Source of the DNA: Dicyema japonicum
Lineage: Eukaryota > Animalia > Dicyemida
Direction: 5' to 3'
Assembly (NCBI GenBank): GCA_011109175.1
Contig: RDEW01000037.1
Coordinates: 407,600-471,599, forward strand
Length of the DNA stretch: 64,000 nt
The notes below the pieces were generated by a model, which ran no database searches, was not told where the DNA came from, and saw only the letters and a list, made by a program, of their open reading frames with translations. The stretch's first letter is position 1. Every line of letters starts with the position of its first letter. The translations under genes and the position numbers were made by a program. Positions 10,890 through 22,759 of the stretch are shown here, piece after piece.

Positions 10890-13392
10890 GACACGAGAGG
10901 GAAGCTATTGTTATTGAAATCGGACTCCTAACGATTCTGAACGATCCAGCGAAAAATACAAGGACCCCACTCAGAGAGACGGATCAGCCTACCTCACCGG
11001 ATGTAACACTCTGCTCATCGTCGCTTTCATCAAAAATTGATTGGTCAGTCCTCTACGAAACAAGAAGCGACCATAACCCAATTGTGATGAAGGTCATGAG
11101 AGAAGTCAGAGTGAGGAGAACACCTGCTAGTTATAACTACAAAGCTGCTAATTGGGAATTGTATCGCGCAATCTCTGATGATAGACTGAAGAATTGTTAC
11201 TTGGTCAGCTTTAAATCGCTAGAAAAAGCGATCAAATACTTTACTTGCACAATCTTAAAAGCAAGATCATTGGCTATTCCCAAGCATCGTCTAAATTCCT
11301 CTAATGGTTGAGGGAAGTCAGCATTGATCAAAGAAAAAAAATCACCTCAAAAAATCTACTTGGATCACATTAGAAATAAAACTCCGGATCAGAGCTCTAT
11401 ACAACGAAATAAAGGCCAGAGAGTTCAAGGCCCAGAAATTAAAGCGGAATCGGATTCTTACAAAGGTAAATCGCAACCGTAGTACCGTAGTGGTTAGGTG
11501 TCGGGCTAAAAGTGACTTAGGTTACGGGTTCGATTCTCGCTGCAGTTCACCTGGTGGAAGGTTCCACGCGTCTACGATCCAGAAAGGGTTTGACGAGTGA
11601 CGCCGTCATCAGTGGATAATCACTGCGGAACTGGATTGTCTAGAAAGGACACTCACACAAGAAAAAGAAAAACAAGTGTAGATCATTCCTTGGTTCTACG
11701 ATTAGTTAAAATTAATTGTTCTTTACTTGAATAAAGTGTGTGTCCTGCCTATGCGGAGCTATAAATACTATGGCTCTCGTGAAAAGGCTTTAAAAAAAGT
11801 ACCGGAGAAGTGTGGAAAGCCATCCGAAATGTTGCAAAGGGCGAAGAAACTTCCCCCGAGGATGACTATACTCAACGAGACGTTAACAATTTGATAAAAT
11901 TCTACACAAAAATTTCGTACAAGGAACACAGGAAGTCGGAAGTGCTTCTCTCTTCATGGAGAAAACTGAAGAAAGATTCTAACCAAGTTTACTTCTCGGA
12001 TGAAGACGTGAAGAATGCGCTGCGTTTTACAAGAACAACGTACTCTGCCGGTCCCGACAACATTCCAGTAGTGTTATTGAAGAACCTTGGAGATATGGGA
12101 GTTGGTTTTCTAACGTCGATTTTCAACTATTCAATTAATTGTAATACCGTTGTTATGGAATCAAGCCAACATCCAACCTATACTGAAACCTGGAAAATCT
12201 AAGAAAGATCCGGCATCATTTAGACCTGTGTCATTGTTATGTTCCGTATCGAAACTCCTGGAGAAGCTTGAGCTCGGGAGAATCAAGGCTTTCTTACCAG
12301 AAAAAGATTTTCAACACGGATTCAAGAGCGATTGTTCAACATCAACGTACCTACAGAATTTAACCAACTTTATTTTCAAACAAACCAAGGCATTTGAAGA
12401 CAGTCTTATGTTCATTGATATTAACAAAGCCTTTGAATCTATTACGAGAAAAATATTATCAAAGAAAATTTTCCAGTCCGAGATCCCGGGGAAGCTTAAA
12501 CTTGGATAACAAATTTCTTAAGTGGACGAAGGAGACGTGTATGCCTCGGAGGACTGAAATCAGTCTCACGTCTTCTCCCAAACGGTGTCCCCCAAGGATC
12601 TCCTTTATCCCCGCCTTATTCAATTTATACCTGGCAGACCTCCGACACCGGAATCCAATAACGATGTTCTACTCACATATGCAGACGACATTGTTTTGGC
12701 CTCGCGTGATCGGGATATCCAAAATGCTACAGAAAGATTACAAATAAACCTGGACCGACTCAACGCCTGGGTAATGCCGACTCACGATAAATTCCAGAAA
12801 GTCTGTCACGTCTATGTTTACTTCGGACAAAAGGTTGGGGAAGATGACTGTCAAGTTAAAATTGGACAACATTGAAATCCCCTTCACCAAATGTCAGAAG
12901 ATCCTGGACGTGAAACTGGATACACACCTATGTTTGTCAACACACGTCGCAAACATTGTTCTGAAGTGCGAGAAGTGGATCAATGTATTAAAATGTTTAT
13001 CTGGATTATGGAAGACAGGTACCCATCCGGTCTTGATGAACATTTAGAAACAATAGATCGAACCATGTTTCTCGTACGCGTGTGCTTCGTGGGGACCTTC
13101 ATTATCATGGACGAACACTAAGAAAATCGAGGACGTTCAAAAGAAAGCTTTCATAATGACGGAGCGGTGGTCTTGTGGGAGACACAGAACCGGACCGACT
13201 ACTCTGGAGGCCCTCATTAAACAAAACTCGGGCATGCGGAAGGTGGCCTGAATTTACAGTCAGCCGCCCAGTACGAGCTAGTGTGGGTACGAGGGAGGAG
13301 CACCGGGAAAGAATGAGGATTTTGGCGGAACGCATCGGGATCACGTGATAGTTAGTTTTGGTTTTACCGTGGTCTTGAATGTTAAATAAATA
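10890..13392 (+). mobile_element. Ingi/Vingi-like LINE (EN end to 3' tail), frameshifted and interrupted at ~11470-11800
   Basis: 'SDHNPIVM', 'YNYKAANW', 'SAGPDNIP', 'PASFRPVSLLCSVSKLLEKL', 'QHGFK', 'IDINKAFE', 'LTYADD'; ends 'EEHRERMRILAERIGIT*' plus a TAAA tail. Confidence 0.8.
11473..11675 (+). mobile_element. Candidate tRNA-derived SINE
   Basis: Pol III box A TAGTGGTTAGG (11488-11498) and box B GGGTTCGATTCTC (11526-11538) at tRNA-like spacing, then ~120 nt of non-tRNA body and an A-rich tail (11659-11675). It interrupts a LINE. Only one copy in the window. Confidence 0.55.
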
Positions 13393-13488
13393 AGGCTGAT
13401 AACAATAAAAACAAAGACATTATCAACCAATAATATTATTAAATATTTTTATCAAAATTTAAAACCTAATATTTTATAAAATATTTCT

Positions 13489-15417
13489 ATGGAAATGGCC
13501 AATATTATTAACGCAAAAGGATTAATGACAAATAACAAATATCAAAGGGGTCTGGATTTAATTAATAATTAAAGAAATAAATGAAATTGACAATGTGGGG
13601 GATGAAGAAACTGAGAGAGACTTGATTTCAAGCATAAATTGTTTACAAGATATTCTCGAAGAGGGAGAAGTTACCGATCATGAATCGATGGTTGATAATT
13701 CCCGTCAGATTTTCAGTAAATCATTCTCTGACTCTGACAACACATTAGAAGGAATTCAGTATATTATTTTAACCACCAAGACATGTTGCCCCATCCATTG
13801 ATGATGTACTGGAAGATGAAAAATCAGTTTTAGCACATTCTCATAAATAGATTGATTTAAATTTGATGAACGGCCTACATGATGAATTACTAAACTTGAT
13901 GACGTCATTCAAAAACTCAATGAAAGATAAAATCAACCAAGAATTCCAGCAAGTATAAGTTTATTTATTTTTATAGAGAATAGACTTGTTGGAGGCAAAA
14001 GACCAAGCAGAATGTAAGGTTGGTGAACCCATAAAACGAGAAACCCCGTCTCCTATTAGTGATGTCTCTAGACAATCTAAAGAGTTTATGGACAAAAAGT
14101 AATGTTTTGGTTATATCCAGAATTTCTATGTTAAAGTCTAAGCATGCTCGTCATATTGCTGACCTAAAGACTTACTATGAGGACAGACTCGGTCAACAAA
14201 AACGTGAAGGTGACGTAAAGGAGAAAGAGCTTCTAAGGGAAATTGAAAGTCTGCAAGCAGAAGACAGTGGAGTAGTGGAAGAGTTGGAAAAAGTAAAGAA
14301 GCAGTATGCAGAAACTCTAAAGTTGATAAAATATTGATTTGTTAGAACTATTAATGAAACAGAGAATCAGCTGAAGGCAAACAACCTGACTTTTCAACGG
14401 TGGAGGAAGCAGAACACACATAGTACAGCCATAATAAATGAACTGAATTCTAAAATTGACAAAGTCTATGCTGAGAATTATGAGAATGACAAAACCATTG
14501 ATATGTTGAGAGTACAGTGTTCCACACTACAAGATGAACTGAATGCTTCACTGCACGTACTTATTTGCCACATTGATAGAAAACCACAATTTGGAAAGAA
14601 AAGTTTACTCAAGAATGCAACAAATACGAAAAGGTAGAGTTTTTTGTTTATCCGTTGATTTGTTGTGAACTGCGTGCTAGTGCAGATGAAAACGATAGAC
14701 TTAGTCAACAGTTGACATCAACAGAGGATAGGGTGAATGAACTAAGTGATGAGGTTTCCAGACTTCATTTGTGATTAATTTTTATTATTTCTAGGAAATT
14801 GAAGGCAAGGACTGTCGATCCTGCTCTTTCTATAAAACCTATAAAGGTTGATAAAGAAAGGTAAGTTGTATAGTTAATTAGTATTTCTGATAATTTCAAC
14901 TCTCCTGTGATTATGGCCCAGGACATCCTGAGGAGATCAAAGATGGAGGATATCAAGACAATAGAAAGCATAGAAGCCAATATATATGGTCTTTTCCATA
15001 ATAATAGTTAGAAGAGGACACGCAAATGCACACTGCCATAACAGCTGCGCTTGAAAGAATACGAGATGGAAAGATTTTTTCAAAAACAATCGACACAAAG
15101 AAGGATAAAAGTCAAGAACATATTCCCAAACCAGACGAAGGATCCATCCTTAAAGTTGTAGACAAACTGAAAGGGGCGAATGAATGAACTAATCAGTGAA
15201 AAGAATGAGGTCACAAAATAGTGTAATTAATAGCTTTTGTCTTGTCTTTCTAAGGTTTCAAGTATTTTTGGTAGTGGAAAGGTATCATTACGGAATAAAC
15301 AGAGGAAGGTAGTGTATTTAACTGATCTTTCAGGAGGAGATCGAAATTCGTCTTGATGAAATTGACAGAGAGTTAGGATCAGTCAGAATGAATTTAAAAA
15401 AATACCATGTTCTTTAA
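13489..15417 (+). CDS. MPHOSPH9: MPHOSPH9-like centrosomal coiled-coil protein; 12 canonical introns of 21-25 nt, one GT..TG 24-nt intron-like segment, one +1 frameshift at 15173-15176
   Basis: The spliced product contains 'KHARHIADLKTYYE', 'AALERIRDGKIF' and the C-terminus 'EEIEIRLDEIDRELGSVRMNLKKYHVL*'. These resemble remembered MPHOSPH9 motifs (KHARHIADLRAYYE; ERINRELGSVRMTLKKFHVL). ATG 13489 is inferred; TAA 15415-15417. Confidence 0.75.
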
Positions 15418-16065
15418 TTTTTTGTGTTATATGATTTAAATTTTTATTTTCTTTAATTACCTTCACTATTAATATTACTCGGGGACATCCAACAGAGCCC
15501 CATATTCCTGAACAACATTCAGTCTAACCACCCTCATTACATTATGTCTTTACGAATTATATTCCTCAAACTTCCACAACTACAGACATTTTAAAATATG
15601 ACAATCTGGGAGATGCTTTTTTCCAGTCAGAATTCTCTCTATCAATAGACATCCGTCTAAGCCTGCTCGTCAATGTTGTGGAAATGACTGCCTTTACCAA
15701 CATATGGATATTAACTGCATTTCCGAAACTTATAGGTCCATCTACTAGCACGAATCTGATATATAGTGATTTGCAGTCTCTTACACGCTAGACAGGTTAT
15801 TGATGTGAGAATAACTTACAAATTAGTTTTGTGAACCAACCAAGGTTTGGTAAATACGTAGTGATTTCTATGAATAACCAATCAGGTAAATAGTTTTGTT
15901 GGATAGAATACTGGTTTTGGATGCCCAGATAAGGGTTCTGTTCATAAGCGAGTTAAGATAGTTTTTGGAGTAATTTTTACTAAATTTTGGATTAATTAGG
16001 GAGAAGGTAGATGTTTTATAGATAATTAAACAATTTATTAGACTAAAGAGAAAATAAAATTAATG

Positions 16066-17810
16066 TTATCCTCTATTACGTCCGTCCATATACTTGCTAT
16101 CGTCTGAAGAGTGAGAAATGTGAAGATGAGTAACAGTCCAGTGTCCTTCTAATCTTTTCCAGATAACAGTTTCCTCCAGTTTATCGCAAACCACTTCCTG
16201 ATTACTGAAAATTAGACAAAGTAAGACATGTTCACATATTGGACAATGCATACAAATGTGACATAAGCACTATCTTGAGATAGCATTTGAATATGTGGAG
16301 ACTCCATCAATACTGTTGAATCATGGTTGGTCTTAACACCCAGTTCTGCAATAATTAAACACAAAACTCAGTTTGAATTGTGCCTGGTAGTAATTATACG
16401 CTCCAATCAGCACGCCTCCAGTATTTGATCCAAACATTGTTGCTTCCCTGGACACGAGCTTTCTATACAAATTAGTCATGACAACTACTGAAAAGTTAGA
16501 CTGTCAAACGAATTTATAGCCTGTATTAGTTTATCCGTCAAATCGATTATATCATCTGTCATTAAATTAATATGCATACCGTTCTTAGGGAATGACTTGA
16601 CATTTGAAATCTTTCCACCTACGCTTACGGTCAAATAATTACTTAATTTTAATCCCCTGGCAGCGAATATTGTAGACAAAATTGCCACCTACAATCAGCA
16701 AAAAGTCAACTTTCATTTTTCTACGAGCATTGTACTGTTTCAAATGGTTAATTGTCTCCTGTCTGTGCAGTGGACTTACAATTTTCTCGGTATTCTCAAA
16801 TAAATATATGAAATACAGTTATCCATGGCAATTTGAGCACATCAGCAGCTGTAAAACGGTATGTGGGGTTAACACTCAATAGGTTCTTTATTATATATTT
16901 GGCATCCTCAGATGCAGAATCCCACTCTGGTGACGGAAACTAAAAATAATTACTTAATTTACGTTGACCACACCAGACTTTATCTGCTTAAACAATCCCT
17001 TAGTCGTATCATCCCAAAAGGGAGGATAACCGACCATTAGAATGTACATAATGACCCCACATGCCCAGTTATCCACAGGATAGGAATAAGGCATCTTAGA
17101 AATTACCTCCGGAGAAAGATATCCAGGAGTTCCAGCCAATCCTTTAATGAGAATATCCCCAACCATGCCAGGCGGGAGAATCAGCTGATTCAACAGCCAA
17201 CCCAAAGTCAGCTATTTTCAAAACAGCTCCTGGTTGACGGGAGGAAAGGAGTAGATTCTCAGGCTGTGGATGTCTTATTAAAATACCTTAAGATCCCTAT
17301 GGACGATGTTACATGAGTGAAAGTAGGCGACACCCGAAAATAGTTGTTTCATACAGAGACTGAATATAAAAAATGGATAACCTAGTGTCTATCTCACTGT
17401 AGAAATCCCTGGCTACAATATCATCAAATAGTTCTCCCCCGTCAACCCTAAATAGTAACATAACAGTCCCACAGCTCCATTATTATGTAGAAATAGTTCT
17501 TATTGGTAATTGCTTCGTACAATTCGACTTTAATAGTAAATTAAATTACCTATATTTTTGTGTTTTAACTTTTTGCAAATTCTAACCTCCCTTTCTATTT
17601 TACTAAAATCTGTAAATATAAGAAGCCAAAACCTCTGGCAGATAGTTTCTCAGTGTTGAATATTTTAGCAGCCATTCTCTTCCCAGTCGACTGTTCTACG
17701 CAGTTTTTGACTATAGAGAAGGCACCTCTACAGTAATAAGTCCCTTACTTTCCTATTTGTGTCCCCAATTTGTAACGTTTCTCAAAATCATCGTCTATAT
17801 AGCCTTTCAT
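16066..17810 (-). CDS. CAMK2: Ca2+/calmodulin-dependent protein kinase II (kinase, regulatory segment, hub); 16 exons, 15 introns of 21-26 nt; intact
   Basis: GKGAFS, 'KLSARD', HRDLK/PENLLL, DFG, '[12 protein letters not shown]', 'GYPPFWD', 'LHRQET' (T286-equivalent), 'NARRKMK'. Hub: '[16 protein letters not shown]...[17 protein letters not shown]...[21 protein letters not shown]'. ATG 17810, TAA 16066-16068. Confidence 0.95.
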
Positions 17811-18237
17811 TGTGTTACTTGTAGTCTCGTTGGTCACTATTGTGGTTATTAAGCGGCAATATCAAATTATAACAGCCAATTGCTGATAAAAGCAAATTTA
17901 ATTATTAGTGCATGACAATTACTAAAACAGGCCAAATGCATATTATTATTTTATATAAACATTTTATATAAAAATGATTAATTACATATTTTTTAATCAA
18001 TTTGTCAGTTATAGTTTATCATTATTTTTGATTGTAATTGTGAAAAACTTATGTGGATCTCCAGTAACAATTTAACCATGAATAGGCAAACCAGTAATTA
18101 TCCAATCAATAACCACTTTTGAGAATAAATATATGTATTTTCATAATCACTGGTTATCGATTCTCAATTTTCATTCACTGCATAATATCAGAAAATTATT
18201 AATATTTGGGTTTACCTAATCAATTTTTATTAATTTT

Positions 18238-18331
18238 TGTTCAATTGCTATCCCCAGCTATGAACTACTTTGGAAATTCCCTAAATCACCCCTCTTTTCT
18301 GTTCAATTGCTATCCCCAGCTATGAACTACT
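18238..18331. repeat. Perfect 32-bp direct repeat with a 30-nt spacer, upstream of CaMKII
   Basis: TGTTCAATTGCTATCCCCAGCTATGAACTACT at 18238-18269 and 18300-18331. Confidence 0.85.
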
Positions 18332-18499
18332 CCATGTTATTTGTGTTTACAATTCACGATAGTGATATTTGAATATAAGTTTTACTTGAAAGAATAATTT
18401 GATCATATGTCACGTGTGATTTATCATTTTAATCTGGGACATTTTACAATTAGTAATTGATTAAAGTTAGGCGATGATTTATATTGAAATCCTATCAAA

Positions 18500-19680
18500 A
18501 TACGACTTAAGAAATTCTCAATATCCCATTTGATAGTACTGCAAAGCTCACGATAAGGTTTGGGGGAATCGGTCTGAGGTCTCCTGCCGATTTGGGTATT
18601 CCATGCTACCTCTCAAGTTGCCGTGCTTATACCAATTCAATCTTGTGTTCCTGCCCCGGATTGAGTTTGGACCCTGTGCTTGACACTGTTGTGCAGTAAT
18701 GGAGAACAAGCGGGATGGTGTTTCAAAAACTTTATTTCTTAGTTCTTTTAACAGAATTAAAAATTTAATCCATTGAACCAGAAAACCACATTCATAACCA
18801 AAACGAAAAAATTCAGTGATCCCTCAGCAGTCTGCGCATCTTTTCCTGGTGTTCAGACTTTGTTCCAACACATCTACGGTAAGAAAGGAATTCACGAGCA
18901 CGAATTCTTCGCTAGAAAATTATTCCAGTCGCATTAAACATAGTTTCAAAGCTTCTGGGCAGGATTTCCTTACAAGAAGACTCCTAATAGTTTCGCCGCA
19001 TTTGATTGAGACTGTGTAGATCTTGGTCAAGTTCTTTACGTCAAGGTTTGTCCCACAAGCAGCACATGCATAACCTATCGTAAGTTTAATGTACTGCTTG
19101 TAGAGGGTATTCACTTAGGCTTAGAGTCTCTAGTCCTTACGTTTGCTTAGAACACCGATGCCGATGGATGGTAGACAGGAAAGGACAACATCCGCTATCA
19201 TGCATACGGAGCCCCGGGAGATTCCCTTGTCACGCCATGTTAAAATCGACTGTCATGGTGACTATCTAAGACATCGGCTTTATTACCTTTTGGAACCTGT
19301 CGGTCTTGACAGAGGTGATGGCTAGAGGCCGGATGGGATAACGAACATGCCATGGAGCTAAGGGAGGTTTCTTGCCTGGATTCATGTACACACACTTTCT
19401 CTAATGGGAATTTGTTCAGGTTATCGTTGCGCCCGGGTTGCGCAGCGAACACTGCTGACGATCTGAAAAAGAGGAAATACCGTGGCATCTGTGACCGGTT
19501 CGCTTTCCAGCAGATCTCCATTGAGACGTCTGGCGTTATTGGCCCGAGCATGTCTGAGTTTATCAGGTTAATCAGAGGGCTTGCGGGGCTGCGAAAGGGT
19601 GAGCCTAGAATAGCATAATGGCTCTTCCAGAACATTGGGCTCGTGATCATGAAGGGTAACTCCCATTGCGTGTTCAATGC
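18500..19680 (+). mobile_element. CRE-clade RLE retrotransposon 3' part (split by a nested LINE)
   Basis: 'LTIRFGGIGLRSPADL', 'LEPVGLDRGDG..PDG', 'AANTADDLKKRKYRGICDRFAFQQISIETSGVIGP..LVIMKGNSHCV' (RLE: RPDG..E..K..KY). Confidence 0.8.
18720..19135 (-). mobile_element. 5'-truncated Ingi/Vingi-like LINE nested in the CRE element
   Basis: 'TLYKQYIKLTIGYACAACGTNL..NLTKI' is close to the C-terminus of the 33380-36253 element. Confidence 0.75.
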
Positions 19681-19689
19681 CTGACATAA

Positions 19690-21780
19690 TGAAACCTCGT
19701 AATAACAACTACCTATATTTAATTTTGCACTTAAATATATTACTTCGTTTCATAATGGACGGTGCTTTATGGATTATCTTCCAACCACAATCCAATCATT
19801 ATTCGAATCAAAAAGTTATTTACCACAGGAAAAAGACTGTTTCATTTTTCAACTATAAAAAGCAAACTGGAATGACTATTCAAAATACATCGATCAAGCT
19901 CTACTAAACTTTAACATGATGACATTTCCCTCAATAGATGAAGCTATTGACTTTTTGAACAAAACTATTCCCATGGCGCGGAGAACATTCATTCCGCGCG
20001 GATCATTTAAATTCTACAATGAAAAACTCGATCAGAACACCAAATCATTAATTAAAGAAATGAATCCCCTGAAAAGACACGTAACTTCTTTTCCCGGACA
20101 GAAAAATCATACAAAAAATCTCAATGACGAAATATCAAAAAGGATTAGCAAAGCCAATGGGACAAACTAGTATCTTCCCTTCCATTTCAGAAATCCGCTC
20201 AGACGATAGAGAAATTAAACAATTTGGCCCAAAAGGAAATTTTAAAAGACAACAGACGGATCAGCACAGTCTTAACAAGCTCATGAAATATTACGCCAGT
20301 ATAAGCCACAAACCTTTCAGGAAAATGGCCTTCTTTATCCCCAATAAGACCGAAGAGAACCCAGCCGATCAACTTTATCTCACATACAGATGTAAGTGAG
20401 GGTTTGAAGAGGATGAATTCTTCCCTCTCATGTGGGCCTGATTCTATCCCTGGTATTTTACTAAAACACTTAGGACCTATTGCGATTGATGCAATCACAG
20501 TGATCATCAACTATTCACTAAACATGAATACAATTCCAACTATCTGTAAACTGTCCTATATACGCCCAATCCTTAAGCCTGGGAAGCCTAAGGACAATCC
20601 TGCATCATTTCGACCAATCTCTTTACTATACACTCAATTTTTGGAAAAATTGATTCTTAATCTTATAACCCCGTCCCTTCTATTTTCATCCTCACAACAT
20701 GGATTCAGAAGAGGTTATTCAACTACTACCCACCTAACTTCCTTCAACCAATTTATCATTGAAGGCTTTAACACAAATCCTCGTCACCTCAAAACAGTCG
20801 TTTGCTCTATCGATTTACAATAGGCCTTCGACTCTGTCTCAAGGAAAATCCTAACCCGGAAATTGTTTGCCCTCCCCGTCAACCCAATATAAAACTTCGG
20901 CTTGTTAACTCCATAAATGGAAGAAGGGCCCGGGTATACATGGATGGGACCAAATCAATTTCAAGATTACTACCCAAAGGTGTCCCACAAGGTTCCCCAT
21001 TATCACCCGCCTTATTTAACTTATACATGTCCGATTTACCACAACCCGATAATAAAGACGATTTCCTCCTATCATATGCTGATGACCTATTAATCGGATC
21101 CCGCGATCGGCTTGATATATCTACTGAAAAATCTTCTTTATTTACCTCAGACAAACGACTTTGACATATGACAGTGGATATATTTATCACCAGGCAAAAA
21201 TACCTTTCACGAAGAAACTGAAAATCTTGAGGATCACCTTCGACATACACATGTCTCTTTCATCTCATGTCGACGGCATCTCCGGAAGCTGCTCAGGAAA
21301 GCAGGGAATAATCAAAACCATTTTCGATGGCATTAAGACCCCTTTCTCAACATTGAAATTATCGTATAAACAATTCATTGAGCCATCTGTCAGCTATGCC
21401 TGTGCGTCATGGGGAATCAATCTGTCCTGGACGAACAAACAAATAATCCGCGACATTCAGGCCCTAACAGTCACTACTATTAGTAATCTCAGGAAACTAG
21501 AATAACTAATACCCTCATCACTTGAAGACCTTATCCGACAAAATGGAAAGGGATTTGCTTCCCTGTGAAGGCAGTTCAACTCTTAACAATACACAGCCAC
21601 GACGTGTCTTATGAGAAGGGTATACATCACCCCTCTCCAATTCCTATTCCCGAAACCACCCCGCTCACAGAGAAGTTGTGTTGGATCCCAGAAGGCGCAC
21701 GAGGAGAAAATAAGAAATCACTTATTAATTTAGTTAAAAATTAACTATTGGTGTTCTTGAGTTAATAATATTAATAATGA
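19690..21780 (+). mobile_element. Ingi/Vingi-like LINE (linker, RT, 3' end), frameshifted
   Basis: 'SCGPDSIPGILLKHLG', 'PASFRPISLL', 'QHGFR', 'SIDLQ*AFDSV', 'GVPQGSPLSPALFNLY', 'SYADD'; AAT-rich tail. Confidence 0.8.
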
Positions 21781-21799
21781 GTGAAACCACTTTGGTTGA

Positions 21800-22270
21800 G
21801 GTGGTGACGTGCCTCTCTTGCACCTATGTCCAAATATACAATTTATCGACCTTGAAGACGCAAAAAACCGAACAGCTTGGACTAGTTTTTTTTCCACCCA
21901 AGACAACTTAGATCCTTACTAAGACTGAACTGGCCTATAAGAATAATCAAGGAATCACTATATAAGAAATGACGTACGGGTCCACTGAGTCTCGAAATTG
22001 TTGATGTGAGTTGGAGGCTATTTGGACATATCTTACGAATGGACTTGGGTGCTCCAGCCAACATAGCAATGGAAGATTACTTCATGAATCAGGGACCGTG
22101 TTTCCGTAGACGTAGGAGTATTACACTTCCAGAAACACTTGATGAAAACCTCTAGCTTGTGAACAAAAGTCTAAGAAGTGGAGACGATCTGGACGACTTG
22201 AGGAAACTGTCTCACGATCGAGGAGGTTGGTGGGAGGATTGTTTCGAATGCTGCAGGAGTGAAATTATAA
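21800..22270 (+). mobile_element. RTE-like LINE 3' fragment
   Basis: 'RWRLFGHILRMDLGAPANIAMEDYF...RRRSITLPETLDE...DDLDDLRKL..DRGGW'. Confidence 0.7.
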
Positions 22271-22552
22271 CTATGATGATTTTACACATGTTGCTTATAA
22301 TAAACCCCTTTTCCTTCTTTTTTTAGTGAGCATGGACAGGACTCAGAAAGCATAGGAAGGTCGAATTTCTCGACAAAGGAAGGATGTAATTCTCCCTGAG
22401 TGCCGCCCTCGGACGATCACGGGTACTAATCTGTTTGATATCCTCAAAACACAATGTGTTTACTTTGGTAGCCTCAGATCTTAAATTTATAGGAAACGTC
22501 TTACATCCACAGAATTTCCCCCAAATGTTGCTTAGTAATTATCCATGATAAC

Positions 22553-22740
22553 ATCTCATGTGGATTGCCGACGACGTGGTGCCATTTGGAAGAAAAGAGC
22601 TACACTTTTTTATCCTTACTAAATGGACCAACAAGGAAGGCATATGCCGTTGTGGATATGTTGAGGTAAACCATGGACCAACCAGAATAGTTCAATATAA
22701 ATGGAATCATAAACAAGAATTTAAACTTTTCCCCAAGAAT
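22553..22740 (+). mobile_element. 5' end of an Ingi/Vingi-like LINE with an MW-start leader and a degenerate 2A-like motif
   Basis: 'MWIADD...CRCGYVEVNHGP-TRIVQYKWN' (motif at 22657-22680) is followed by the APE start motif; nucleotide homology to 42090-42200. Confidence 0.55.
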
Positions 22741-22759
22741 GTAACATCAACAAAGTCGT

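Noticed and set aside
11473-11550. Functional tRNA gene
   Set aside because: The acceptor and anticodon stems pair poorly, there is no poly-T terminator, and a long body with an A-rich tail follows. It fits a SINE head better.
13330-13392. Recurrent GGGATCACGTGA...ACCGTGGTC motif as a ribozyme or E-box regulatory site
   Set aside because: It is the coding end (G-I-T-stop) and short 3' UTR of the LINE family. No hammerhead, twister or HDV core is present.
15480-15900. Additional Penelope-like remnants (also ~39500-40080, 40600-40850, 49500-50000, 50170-50300)
   Set aside because: Only faint, frameshifted motif resemblance; not supportable without profile searches.
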